This document shows, piece by piece, positions 47,267 through 57,077 of a DNA stretch of 60,912 nt; positions within the stretch are counted from its first letter, which is position 1, and each line of letters starts with the position of its first letter. The position numbers and the translations under genes are program-made. Below the pieces are notes generated by a model. The model saw only the letters and a program-made list of their open reading frames with translations, did not search any database and was not told where the DNA came from. This DNA comes from a virus (taxonomy: Duplodnaviria; Caudoviricetes): positions 1-60,912 of the IMG/VR virus record IMGVR_UViG_3300003691_000005; one strand, written 5' to 3'.

Positions 47267-49711
47267 ATGTCATTAGTAACCTCAAGAACTGGCCTAAGCC
47301 AGGGAACCTCCAGCCTCGCGGCTACAGACGTAGCTTGGACTTCTTCTTCTGGCGCAAACAGCACGCTGACCAGTGGCGGCTTAATGCCCAACTATTCGGC
47401 GAACGAAATATTCGAGATTCGTAGCTCCCCTATTGCTGGTAACAATGGCCTATACATTGCGACCGGATCACCGACAGCATCTAACTTACCCTGTACTAAG
47501 ATATTCGGTGCGAATCCTATCGATGATGCTGCGGAAGCGGTGGAATTCTTAGGCACTGGTGGCGGTTCTCCCGATAAGTCAGTCTTTATCGATGCCCAGG
47601 GTTTGGGTGTAGCTCTTATCGAACAAGGCAACGTCGATGCGGCTGGTGTAGTAGGCCAAGCGACTTACTCATTCTTGATGCAGGAATACAAAAACGATTC
47701 ATACCTGATTGCTAACGCACCTTTCCCAATGCTGGCGATCGACTCGGACGCTGGTAAGTACATCATCGGCCAAGACATATCTGGTAACAACAACGGCTTC
47801 AATTGGCTGGATGACTCAGCTACTGCTGTAACAATTCGTACTAGAAAAATGCATAGAAATATGGGCTGGGACGAAGTGAACGCGGCTGGTATAACTACAG
47901 CGCGAAGTGTTGGTGTTACAACTCTTGGTGTATTTGAGAGCTCAGCTGATACAGCCTACTACCAGTTTGGTAATGATACGACCGTAGATGATACGATCGA
48001 TTTCACATTCTCTGATGCTGTTAATGAGGCAGTAGAATTCTTTAAATTAATCGGTGACCTTTCTGGTGACACTCCAGCATTCGGCTCAACAACTACTTTC
48101 ACTCGCGCAAGCGGTGACTTCGTAGCCGATGGATTCAAGGTTGGCGGTCAGATTACTATCTCCAATTCGACTTCAAACGATGGCACTTATGAGCTGTCTG
48201 TTGTATCAGCTACGTCGATGACCATCACTACCACTTGGACAGCTGAAGCGATCAGCACAACTGAGATCGCGGTGGACAACGACAACGCTATGACACTTCG
48301 CCTTCGTGTTCGAGATGGCGATCCAAAGGGTAAGACATTTGCCCAGGCTGACCTTGGTTCAGCTGGTAAGTTGATACTTGGTAACTTCGTATATGCATTC
48401 CCGCTAGCGAACGGCTCGGATCAGAAGCTCGATATAACCGATGCTGGCATTGACGTGAGTTCGTCTGGTGCGGCTGATCAGGCCCCGTACAGTGGAATGA
48501 GTATCACATACCATTCATCACCCCAGGCTCGAACCGATTTAGTCGGCGGATCTGCTGACTTCGGTATTATCATCGAAGGTAACGACGGCACGTCTCAACA
48601 AGTATTTGAATTCATCCAGTGGTCATTACGATCAACAGGTGGTAATGGTACTGGTGACATCGATGCTGATGCTGATACAGCGATCGGTCGCGCGATGGAC
48701 GGTCTAGCTCGGTTTGTTGGTGATACCGGCCACTTTGGTACAGCTGACGGACTTAACTTTCCCTCGAATCCAGATGGTGGTGGGTCGGGTGTATATGTAG
48801 ACACACTTAATTCGGCGTCCAAGAATGACGTTATATTCTATGACAATACCAACGCGGCTCTCCAGTTCCCTGAGACCATTCTGGTTACACTCGACTTCAA
48901 CCAGATCGCTCTGGATGACGCGGCTGTAGAGTACGATTTGTTCTATGATCGAACAGTACGGTCCTCACCTACTGGCGTAACTTTGACAACCTCTACTGAT
49001 GTATTAGCTGGCACCGGTTTACCGAATACAGCTGGTGTTGGTGTTGGTAGTTATGTTCGTATCACTGGCTTGGCTGATGCTACGATGGATGGTGTTTATC
49101 AGATTGTAACTGAGACAACTCCAGGGGCTTCCTGGGTAGTTGCTCGCTATGACGGCGCGACTATTACCACAGTCGGCTCATCCACCCCAACGATCGATAT
49201 TAACTGTGTTGATACACCTGATGCGATTCATGTTCACACTAACGTCAGAGCAGCTGGTACAGCCTCATTAGCTCCGGTTGGAACAGCGGTTATCGATTTC
49301 ACTGCCCCTGACACTATTGACGATACTCAAAACTTATTCGGTAGTTTTGTTTCGGGTGATATCATCCAGATTGAAGGGTCAACTGCCCAAGATGGAACCT
49401 ATACCATCGATTCAGCGGCAGCGGGTCAGATCACTTTGATCGAGCAAACCATTACTACTGAATCAACGGCCACCAGTGTATCGGTGACTAAGATTGTTTC
49501 CGGCGCGGATCCAGCGTCTGACTTTAGTTTCAGTTACGATTTCAGTAACAACAGTCAGGGTGATCGTTCAGGTACGCCAACAGTCAACGTGAAAGCGAAG
49601 GCGATCGGTGCGGCTGGTGCTCAGTATGTCCAGTCGTCAGTAGCGGCAATCGTGACCGGAACACCTCTGACAATACCTGTTGCTCCAGCTACGGAACGTA
49701 ACTACGCATAA
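47267..49711 (+). CDS. Large virion-like beta-rich protein with internal repeats
   Basis: 814 aa, rich in G/T/S/A/D; repeated (F)xxGxxIxIxG(S)...(N)DGTY units. Confidence 0.7.
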   Translation: MSLVTSRTGLSQGTSSLAATDVAWTSSSGANSTLTSGGLMPNYSANEIFEIRSSPIAGNNGLYIATGSPTASNLPCTKIFGANPIDDAAEAVEFLGTGGGSPDKSVFIDAQGLGVALIEQGNVDAAGVVGQATYSFLMQEYKNDSYLIANAPFPMLAIDSDAGKYIIGQDISGNNNGFNWLDDSATAVTIRTRKMHRNMGWDEVNAAGITTARSVGVTTLGVFESSADTAYYQFGNDTTVDDTIDFTFSDAVNEAVEFFKLIGDLSGDTPAFGSTTTFTRASGDFVADGFKVGGQITISNSTSNDGTYELSVVSATSMTITTTWTAEAISTTEIAVDNDNAMTLRLRVRDGDPKGKTFAQADLGSAGKLILGNFVYAFPLANGSDQKLDITDAGIDVSSSGAADQAPYSGMSITYHSSPQARTDLVGGSADFGIIIEGNDGTSQQVFEFIQWSLRSTGGNGTGDIDADADTAIGRAMDGLARFVGDTGHFGTADGLNFPSNPDGGGSGVYVDTLNSASKNDVIFYDNTNAALQFPETILVTLDFNQIALDDAAVEYDLFYDRTVRSSPTGVTLTTSTDVLAGTGLPNTAGVGVGSYVRITGLADATMDGVYQIVTETTPGASWVVARYDGATITTVGSSTPTIDINCVDTPDAIHVHTNVRAAGTASLAPVGTAVIDFTAPDTIDDTQNLFGSFVSGDIIQIEGSTAQDGTYTIDSAAAGQITLIEQTITTESTATSVSVTKIVSGADPASDFSFSYDFSNNSQGDRSGTPTVNVKAKAIGAAGAQYVQSSVAAIVTGTPLTIPVAPATERNYA

Positions 49712-49723
49712 GGAGTATCTTAA

Positions 49724-51349
49724 ATGGCCGTTGCTACTTATGCGACTGACCTTACACTTATAGATGATGCTCAAGATGTTGCCACCTTTGTAGCAACTGG
49801 CGGTGGCGGTGCTTCTATCGGAGATGAGACTGACTATTTTATCAATGATGTACAGTGTGTAAGTAAGGCAGGTTTCACTGCAACACAGAAAGGGTTGATG
49901 GCAGATGATGTATCAGCCCCTTCTATTACTGCGGGTGATGCGGTATTTGTATGGGGCAGACAAGCCAATCGAAACATCATGGACACTATTGCGCTCCAAG
50001 GTGGCACTGTGATTATGGGGACATCAAACTCAGCGTTTGCTGGGTTTAATGTGGATGGTAGTAATGCTGTTGGTTCCCTTCTTTTAAGCTGGGTAAATTA
50101 CGCTGTAGATCCAACTCAAACTGAATCCTACACTTCGGGATCTCCTGGCTCCCCCAGTGGCTGGGATCACTTCGGGATGGAGTGGAAGATATTAAGTTCA
50201 GGCTCTTTAAAAGGCTCCCCAAATGCAGTGGGTATTATCCGATATGGTAGGGAGCTGCAAATTATTGATGGACAAGCTGCTGCCTACGGAACTTTCACAG
50301 GTGCCGGTGATTGGGACGCTGCAAACACTCGCAAGTGGGGAATACTTACTCCGGTTACAGGTGGTTACTTATTTCACGGTGCATTTGTCATGGGCCAAAG
50401 TGGAACGTCTGTAGACTTTCGTGATACAGGCCAGAGCATTAACGTATTAGATGACCCGTTTCTACCTGCTGGATTCAACGAGTTTCAAATTGTTCATGCG
50501 TCATCCAATGTAGAATGGACTAGCATCTTAATCACGGCACTAGGCACCAACTCTCCTTTCGTGATGACCTTAGATGTTGGCACATTTACCGGAGATTTAT
50601 GCACATTCACCGGAGCAGACACAACTACTTTTAACTCCTCTGGAGCTTGCACCAATTCGACCTGGGAGAATTGTGGGCTTATAACGCTTGGTGAAGCGGA
50701 TTTAAGCGGATCTTCCTTCCTAACGCCCACTGTAGCGGCAGATGAGGGAGCAGTATTTGACGACAGGACAACGACTGGCACAACTGCATTAACGGAATTA
50801 TCCAACACTACATTTACTCAAGGCGCTAATGCTCATCATGCCATTAGATTCGGGGTTAACGTCGACGACGATCTAACGCTGGACGGCGTGGAGTTTACCG
50901 GCTTTTCTAGTAGTGATAATGTTAATGGCTCAACTCTGAGATTCGACGCAACAAGCGGATCTTTGACGCTCACATTAATAAATTGTACTGTTGGTGGCGC
51001 AGCTGCCTCATCCAGTAATATTGGTATAGATGACGCTGCCGGAATATCCGTTACAATCAGCACTGACATTGTTGGAACTTTTGTAGGTATGAAAGATAAT
51101 AGTGAAGTTAGAGTTTACGCAGCTGGAACAAACACAGAGTTGGCTGGCATTGAGGACGCGACTTCTGGATCAGTAGATGAACGAACCTTTGCGGCCTCAA
51201 TATCATCGGGAACATCGGTGGATTATGTGATACACAATTTTGAACCTGGCGAAGTCATATACCAAACAATTAGGGTTGATGGCTTCACTTGGCCAAGCGT
51301 GGCACAGAATATAAACATCAGTCAGCAGATCGATAGGAACGCTGTCTAA
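49724..51349 (+). CDS. Large virion-like protein, probable beta-helix
   Basis: 541 aa; RBS AGGAG; C-terminal SEVRVY...ELAGIE...QQIDRN. Confidence 0.7.
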   Translation: MAVATYATDLTLIDDAQDVATFVATGGGGASIGDETDYFINDVQCVSKAGFTATQKGLMADDVSAPSITAGDAVFVWGRQANRNIMDTIALQGGTVIMGTSNSAFAGFNVDGSNAVGSLLLSWVNYAVDPTQTESYTSGSPGSPSGWDHFGMEWKILSSGSLKGSPNAVGIIRYGRELQIIDGQAAAYGTFTGAGDWDAANTRKWGILTPVTGGYLFHGAFVMGQSGTSVDFRDTGQSINVLDDPFLPAGFNEFQIVHASSNVEWTSILITALGTNSPFVMTLDVGTFTGDLCTFTGADTTTFNSSGACTNSTWENCGLITLGEADLSGSSFLTPTVAADEGAVFDDRTTTGTTALTELSNTTFTQGANAHHAIRFGVNVDDDLTLDGVEFTGFSSSDNVNGSTLRFDATSGSLTLTLINCTVGGAAASSSNIGIDDAAGISVTISTDIVGTFVGMKDNSEVRVYAAGTNTELAGIEDATSGSVDERTFAASISSGTSVDYVIHNFEPGEVIYQTIRVDGFTWPSVAQNINISQQIDRNAV

Positions 51350-53244
51350 TGCCTGCATTTGACGGTATCAATTTAACCGTAACTCTTGACTCGGGTGTAA
51401 CTGAAGTAGATGTGCTCAGTGATATATACGAACCTTGGAAAGATTGGTTGCTATCAGATCCTGCTAACCGTCGATATCCTCAAGCATTCATATCGGACGG
51501 CGGTAACCCGCTCTCCTCGATTATTAATCAGGGCTCGTACATCTTCTTACAGAACCAATACGGCTGGAGAATTCGCCCACCGGAAGAAGATATAACCATC
51601 TATACGACTGGAAATTTGGCTGTTGATGACACTACGCTACCTGCCTTTATACCGACTATTGGGGCTTTCACAGCTGCGATCCTGGGCTTACAGCCAGTAA
51701 CTCAGGGTGTTACCCCAGCGATGGCAGATCAATTAGCATTTACAGCATTCCAGGGTATTGTCTGTTTAGATCCGGCTAATGGGCTTGCCGGAACCGGTTC
51801 CAGTGGTTCTGACAAGATAGGCACTCGACGTGCGCCAAGCAATAACCCAAGCGACGCACTCCTCATCGCACAACGCGAAGGCTTGCATACAATTCAGATA
51901 CTCTCAGATACCGTGCTATCAGCGGCTGATGACTTTTCTGGAGGGTTCGAGTTTGCTGGTGATTCCCCGTTTACTTTTCTAACGATTAATAGTGCGCCTA
52001 ATGTCACCGGTTGCTCAGTTAAAAATCTATCCCTGGTCGGTGAGCTCGATGGCCTGAATAAGATCGTAGGTTCCGAGATAGGAAACATTACTAATGTCTC
52101 TGGGGATATGCATGACTGCGACCTGGATGGCACGATCGGCATCAATGCGAAGATGCATATTATCAATTGCTTCTCGGGTAGGGCGGCACTCGGATTTCCT
52201 ACCCTGACTGACATTGGCGCTAACGAAGTCATCATCCGAAATATGCGCGGCTCTATCTGCCTGGAAGACATGACAGGTGGGGCTCACTCAGCTGGTATTT
52301 ATGGTGGTAGATTAATCATTGCCGCTAGCTGTACTGGTGGCACTGTCTATGCCAGGGGAGAGCCCTACGCTATCGATGATTTATCGGGTGGATTGGTCAC
52401 TGTTATTGACCAGACATCCAGCTTTAAAGTGTCAGACATTCATGGCCATGTCGACCGGGCTGTTCACGTTAATACTGAAGAGCCCACCAACGGCAATGGC
52501 TACCAGCAGTCACCCTATAACAACTGGTCTGATGCTGTTGATTACGCTGAGGCTAACGGTCTACTGACCCTTGAAGTAATGGCTGACGCTACTATCGATA
52601 GGCAGCTCAAGAACTTTGAGATCCGCGGTATTGGTAACCCGGTTATCGATCTCAATGGCCAGGACATATCAGGAACAATCGTTGAACGGTGTACCCTAAC
52701 CGGGTCGATGATCGGGTCATTGAATGTTAACGAATGTGCATTGGTTAATACTCAGAACATGGCCGGTATATATCTAACCGTATCGGTTGCCGGTACATTA
52801 ACCGTGGCCAATAGCGCGGACCTGATAATTTCAAGAGTAGCGCCAGCTCTAGCCGGATTCCCTTGGACCATGGATATGGATAACGGTGGCATATCTCATG
52901 TGGCGGTACATAACATTAGTGGTGGCATGAGAGTAATAAACATGGATCACGCAGATGACGTTGGTCATTTCCATTTCTCCCAAGGTGAAATTGTTATCGA
53001 CTCGACATGTATCCTGGGTAACCTGGTTATCACCGGAGTTGTTTCGGTGATCGATAATTCAGGCCCTGGTTGTACTGTCAACCAGGTAGATTTCACTCAC
53101 CAAAATATAGATGAGTCTCACACCAGGCTCGGTCTTAATCCGCTAAAACCATTAACAAATAAAGATGATGGTGGCATCACGGCCGACGGTATCAACATCG
53201 TAGCAACGCCAAGCGGCAATGATATAATTCAAACAAGGCAATGA
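51349..53244 (+). CDS. Large virion-like protein with duplicated beta-helix domain
   Basis: N-terminal DIYEPWKDW...GWRIRP; two related blocks (GTRRAPSNNPSDAL / GYQQSPYNNWSDAV). Confidence 0.7.
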   Translation: MPAFDGINLTVTLDSGVTEVDVLSDIYEPWKDWLLSDPANRRYPQAFISDGGNPLSSIINQGSYIFLQNQYGWRIRPPEEDITIYTTGNLAVDDTTLPAFIPTIGAFTAAILGLQPVTQGVTPAMADQLAFTAFQGIVCLDPANGLAGTGSSGSDKIGTRRAPSNNPSDALLIAQREGLHTIQILSDTVLSAADDFSGGFEFAGDSPFTFLTINSAPNVTGCSVKNLSLVGELDGLNKIVGSEIGNITNVSGDMHDCDLDGTIGINAKMHIINCFSGRAALGFPTLTDIGANEVIIRNMRGSICLEDMTGGAHSAGIYGGRLIIAASCTGGTVYARGEPYAIDDLSGGLVTVIDQTSSFKVSDIHGHVDRAVHVNTEEPTNGNGYQQSPYNNWSDAVDYAEANGLLTLEVMADATIDRQLKNFEIRGIGNPVIDLNGQDISGTIVERCTLTGSMIGSLNVNECALVNTQNMAGIYLTVSVAGTLTVANSADLIISRVAPALAGFPWTMDMDNGGISHVAVHNISGGMRVINMDHADDVGHFHFSQGEIVIDSTCILGNLVITGVVSVIDNSGPGCTVNQVDFTHQNIDESHTRLGLNPLKPLTNKDDGGITADGINIVATPSGNDIIQTRQ

Positions 53245-53486
53245 GCGCTCTCAGCTTAGCAACGCTTGGAGTACAGTGTGAAGCCCGATCATTGTCGATG
53301 GCTACCCTTGGCGTATTCTGCTTAGATGAAGCGGTTATCACAACCAACCTCCCAGGCGGAGGGTCCAGCAAGAAACTTCGTAAACATATCCCAGGCGTTA
53401 CCAGTAACTACTCGCTCGCCCTGCGTGAAGACGAGGAATTATTAGAAATGATTCAATCCCTACTGAGTACAGGGTATAAATTTTAA
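53241..53486 (+). CDS. Small hypothetical protein ending the structural module
   Basis: Duplicated LSxATLGV; C-terminal REDEELLEMI. Confidence 0.6.
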   Translation: MSALSLATLGVQCEARSLSMATLGVFCLDEAVITTNLPGGGSSKKLRKHIPGVTSNYSLALREDEELLEMIQSLLSTGYKF

Positions 53487-53545
53487 CTTCCATCAATACA
53501 TTCTGTATGTAATAATAGGCTTTCCAACAACGGAGAGCCCAACGA

Positions 53546-54022
53546 ATGACACCTTTCAGAGTAAGCAAGCTGGATTTGCCACCAGCTGAAATATTTGTCC
53601 AACAGTTAATGGACGACCACGGCCTAACTAGAATTGACGCCTACCAACAATACAAACTGATCAAAGACGATGAAATATTCGTTAATGATCTTTATCAGGT
53701 CAATATCGACCGGAATCCGCCCAACGGGTTTCACGCTGATCTAATACATCTATCAATTAAACGCCGTGACAAGGCCCCTATTCACGACTGGCGGCATTTG
53801 CAGCAAATTAAGACCATGCTATGCGGCCCAGAAGCCGAAGGCCTTGAGCTGTACCCAGCTGAGAGCAGGGTGGTAGACACAGCCAACCAATACCATATTT
53901 TTGTAGTTCCCTCAGGTCAAAGCGTGCCCTTTGGCTTTGCTAGTCGAGCGGTAAGCTATGAATCAAAGGGTGGTGTAGTTCAACGACCGTTAGAAACGGA
54001 GGAATCTAATGCCGAAATATAG
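53546..54022 (+). CDS. Conserved phage protein (HLSIKRRD...DWRHLQQIK...ELYPAESRVVD)
   Basis: Recognisable widespread phage family; RBS GGAG. Confidence 0.75.
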   Translation: MTPFRVSKLDLPPAEIFVQQLMDDHGLTRIDAYQQYKLIKDDEIFVNDLYQVNIDRNPPNGFHADLIHLSIKRRDKAPIHDWRHLQQIKTMLCGPEAEGLELYPAESRVVDTANQYHIFVVPSGQSVPFGFASRAVSYESKGGVVQRPLETEESNAEI

Positions 54023-54185
54023 GGTTTTAGCCACAATGTCGACTGATCTTTTTTTAGAGTTAGAAGCTGAAGATTTGAACGCCGCGAAAAAGATGGCTCG
54101 AGAAGCCTGTGGATCTGAATTCACCGAGATACCCAATAGCGGTGATTGGGATCTTTATGAAGTGCAACTAGCAGAACCAGCCTAA
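54009..54185 (+). CDS. Small acidic hypothetical protein (58 aa, not in ORF track)
   Basis: RBS GGAGG; MPKYRVLATMSTDLFLELEAEDLNAAKKMARE. Confidence 0.55.
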   Translation: MPKYRVLATMSTDLFLELEAEDLNAAKKMAREACGSEFTEIPNSGDWDLYEVQLAEPA

Positions 54186-54280
54186 ATGATTAGAAGTATA
54201 TTTATAGCGGTAGTGGTCACCATTCCGTGCGCGGCGATGGTGATCGCTTTAACTGTCTCGATCATTCACCGAGCTTTTAC

Positions 54281-54553
54281 ATGAATAAACAACTCGAATA
54301 CTATGGCCGGTGTTGGCTTAAAAACAAACTGGCCATCTTAACCCAGGTCCACCGGACTAGTTTTAAGCGAATGTACTCCTACGCCTTCAAGACCGATAAG
54401 GACGGGGCCACCTATGTTCCGCCCAACGGCAAATGTGATATGAATAAAGATATTGACATCGTAGTTGATGAGCTACCGGCCGACCGACTGAACTGGGCCA
54501 TGAATCAAGTCGAAAATTCATTACTAGGACTTGATCAAAAAACACCGGTATAA
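54281..54553 (+). CDS. Hypothetical protein
   Basis: FKRMYS...DIDIVVDELP..RLNWAMNQVENS; start uncertain. Confidence 0.55.
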   Translation: MNKQLEYYGRCWLKNKLAILTQVHRTSFKRMYSYAFKTDKDGATYVPPNGKCDMNKDIDIVVDELPADRLNWAMNQVENSLLGLDQKTPV

Positions 54554-54698
54554 TAACCATATTACGTGCTTATGACACGAAATCGGCAACGGGTAGCCGC
54601 GAAGGAGAGGCCAGCGAAACTTGCTAATGCCGCCTCTTAGTCCAGATGTAGGGGGGAAGGAATGGGTTCTCGACCCCCTGCATTAAATTAAATTAAAC

Positions 54699-54727
54699 TA
54701 GACAAACTGTATTACCTCTGATACTTT
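54699..54727 (+). promoter_or_regulatory. Early promoter
   Basis: AT-rich UP region, then TAGACA-17nt-TACTTT. Confidence 0.5.
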
Positions 54728-54755
54728 GGTTTTTCATTAATCAGAGAGCCCGACC

Positions 54756-54932
54756 ATGAAACACTACGCACCAACTCAACACTCACCAGAGTCATTCGAC
54801 GAGAGTATCGACGAACTGGCCGATGATCCACGCGACTATGACAAGTGGGAAAGACTAAACGACATTCGCACCAGACTCGCCGGACAAGATAATCCAGTGC
54901 CAAAATTCAAGCCAGGGTACGGTAATGAATAA
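54756..54932 (+). CDS. Small hypothetical protein (58 aa, not in ORF track)
   Basis: GAGAGCCC leader before ATG; MKHYAPTQHSPESFDESIDELADD... Confidence 0.5.
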   Translation: MKHYAPTQHSPESFDESIDELADDPRDYDKWERLNDIRTRLAGQDNPVPKFKPGYGNE

Positions 54933-55248
54933 GTGCTACGAACATATCAAACTCAACCCCAAGGCCGTCGAGCACGCTGGCAGTTGTAAACGCGCCACTG
55001 TAGTCGCTAACATCGCCCAAATCGAGAGACTGTTCGGGGATCGACATACCGAGGGCGATATGGATAAAGTGAGCGCTGTCTGGTTTTTCGAGACACCCAG
55101 GGGGCGCGTATCTATTCGCGATTGGTGGGCAGCACCTACCGATCACCAGACTATCGCATCAACCAACAGCAAGGCCGCGCTGTGGATGGTTGGTTATGTC
55201 CGAAAACTTGGACTAGTTGCCAGCATGGGGACACGTCATGGGACTTAA
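54925..55248 (+). CDS. Hypothetical protein
   Basis: LFGD...DKVSAVW.F......SIRDW motif. Confidence 0.6.
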   Translation: MNKCYEHIKLNPKAVEHAGSCKRATVVANIAQIERLFGDRHTEGDMDKVSAVWFFETPRGRVSIRDWWAAPTDHQTIASTNSKAALWMVGYVRKLGLVASMGTRHGT

Positions 55249-55417
55249 TAATAAATGTCCTGTTTGCTTTTCTGAAAACGATATAGGTAGTGAACTGGTT
55301 GAGATAACTGACGGCTACGCATCCCAACAATGTAATTGCATTAATTGCGGTAGTGAGTGGGAAGACACCTATATCCTATTTAAGCAGGTAGTCACCTTTA
55401 GACCAAAGGAGCAATAA
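55238..55417 (+). CDS. Small zinc-ribbon protein
   Basis: CPVC...CINCGSEWEDTY. Confidence 0.6.
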   Translation: MGLNNKCPVCFSENDIGSELVEITDGYASQQCNCINCGSEWEDTYILFKQVVTFRPKEQ

Positions 55418-55418
55418 A

Positions 55419-55739
55419 ATGGCCAGAATCAAAAACATTACTCATTCAGACGATTGCTGCACCATACGGATCGAAGGTAATAAAGCGAAACCCGAACCGT
55501 CGACCGTAGTTGTCGCGTTCCCAGGAGGCAATATTGAAGTGTCTCGAACCAGTACCGGCACGTACTGGGCCCATATCACCATTGCAGATACTGACTTTGA
55601 TCCAGCTATTGAGAGGGAAAATAGAGGGAAAATAGTAGGGTCCAGGATTAATCGGGTAGGGATGAAAGTCGAAAACTTTACGGACCCAGGGCCAATCACT
55701 AGCATAGCGATTGAGGTCGAGGCCTTCACTTACCCATAA
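55419..55739 (+). CDS. Hypothetical protein
   Basis: RBS AGGAG; FPGGNIEVSRT...YWAHI. Confidence 0.65.
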   Translation: MARIKNITHSDDCCTIRIEGNKAKPEPSTVVVAFPGGNIEVSRTSTGTYWAHITIADTDFDPAIERENRGKIVGSRINRVGMKVENFTDPGPITSIAIEVEAFTYP

Positions 55740-55745
55740 ATAAAC

Positions 55746-55774
55746 TAGACACCCTGTCTATAGTATGCAATAGT
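55746..55774 (+). promoter_or_regulatory. Early promoter
   Basis: TAGACA-17nt-AATAGT with TGn extension. Confidence 0.55.
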
Positions 55775-55802
55775 GGGTTTTCTATTTAGGAGAACCCACA
55801 GC

Positions 55803-55982
55803 ATGATGATTTTAACAAAAAAACAACGGGCCACGGTCAAACGAAAGTTCGACGAGAACCCTGACGGATCTAAGACCTATCGCGAATTCCGTCGACGAGT
55901 AGCCCCAGGCTTTGACTGTGCAATGATCCATTATTGCAATTACTGGCTAGGCATTGAAACTGATGGGTATGCACACTCATGA
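55803..55982 (+). CDS. Conserved small phage protein (YREFRRRV...WLGIETDGYAHS)
   Basis: RBS AGGAG; recognisable motif. Confidence 0.7.
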   Translation: MMILTKKQRATVKRKFDENPDGSKTYREFRRRVAPGFDCAMIHYCNYWLGIETDGYAHS

Positions 55983-56279
55983 AGGTTCAACTGGTCGGCC
56001 ATCGCCGGAAAGATGGAAAGCAGAAAGTTAAATATATATTCGAAGGAGGCCCCAACGGTTTTGGGGGCCACTACTCAGGGAAAACAATAACAAAAATCTT
56101 AACTCTGGACGAAGTAAAAAAGGCATTCGAGGAGGCGCAACAGTCATGATTAAAACTATCGAGCATAAAGTTTATACAAAGGCTGTGCACGACGAGGGCG
56201 AATATAGCAGCACAAACGAGGCATTGCGCGAAATGTGCAACAGTAACGAATATTATTTTCAGGAAAATGGAGCGATAGA

Positions 56280-56921
56280 ATGAGCAATCAAATTCAAATA
56301 GATGCAACGAATTTAGATTCAGTAGGCATTAAAATAAACGACCATCAGGAAATGGTGGTAACTATAGACCGACATGTAAATGGAACTTTCGAGCAGTTTT
56401 ATAGTGATGTTTATGATTCGAAACGAGAAGGAGGGTACGTTACAACTCAAATAACAGAAGTCGAAGGTGGCGAATGGATAATGCCGGAAGAAGTGGCCCC
56501 TCCCACTGATAAAGCCTATACCGTTGAAGTTGATATTCAGGGAACCAGGAAGCTAAAAATTGAGGCCCCTAACTTTATGATGGCCGCGAAAATGGCCGAG
56601 AAAGAAATGGCTAATTTATCAATCGACGATTTAGATCAAGTTGAATATAACGAACCGACTTATACAATATATCGAGAATTGGACCCGATCGACCTACTGG
56701 ACACCCAGGAGACCGACCGACTGGTTACCCATTTAGTTAATCAATGGGATGGTGATATCAATTTCTTAACGGGCTATATATTGCCTGAATTAGCCGCCAG
56801 CCTTGAGGATGATATTGCTAATCAATCCGTAAACACTGGAGTAGAAGAATTAATAAAAGAGTTGCAGGGAAAAATCGCGAGAATCAATAAGATAAAAGAA
56901 AATATATTGAATATGGAGTAA
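56280..56921 (+). CDS. Hypothetical acidic protein
   Basis: 213 aa; RBS GGAG. Confidence 0.65.
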   Translation: MSNQIQIDATNLDSVGIKINDHQEMVVTIDRHVNGTFEQFYSDVYDSKREGGYVTTQITEVEGGEWIMPEEVAPPTDKAYTVEVDIQGTRKLKIEAPNFMMAAKMAEKEMANLSIDDLDQVEYNEPTYTIYRELDPIDLLDTQETDRLVTHLVNQWDGDINFLTGYILPELAASLEDDIANQSVNTGVEELIKELQGKIARINKIKENILNME

Positions 56922-56954
56922 GCCAGGAACCGAACCCCGTTAGCCCCCCCTATT

Positions 56955-56980
56955 GGCCTGCAATATCGCAGGCCTTTTTT
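56955..56980 (+). terminator. Rho-independent terminator
   Basis: GGCCTGC-AATATC-GCAGGCC-TTTTTT. Confidence 0.85.
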
Positions 56981-56995
56981 ATTTCATCTAATCGC

Positions 56996-57025
56996 TTGAC
57001 GACCACTATTCATTATGTATATAGT
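56996..57025 (+). promoter_or_regulatory. Early promoter
   Basis: TTGACG-18nt-TATAGT. Confidence 0.6.
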
Positions 57026-57077
57026 GGGGCACCTCATTTGAGGCGATCAACTAACCATAACAAAGAGAACCCGCATC

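Noticed and set aside
54575-54685. Hammerhead ribozyme or tRNA
   Set aside because: No CUGANGA core and no cloverleaf with T-loop GTTCRA. No tRNA gene was recognised anywhere in the window by eye.
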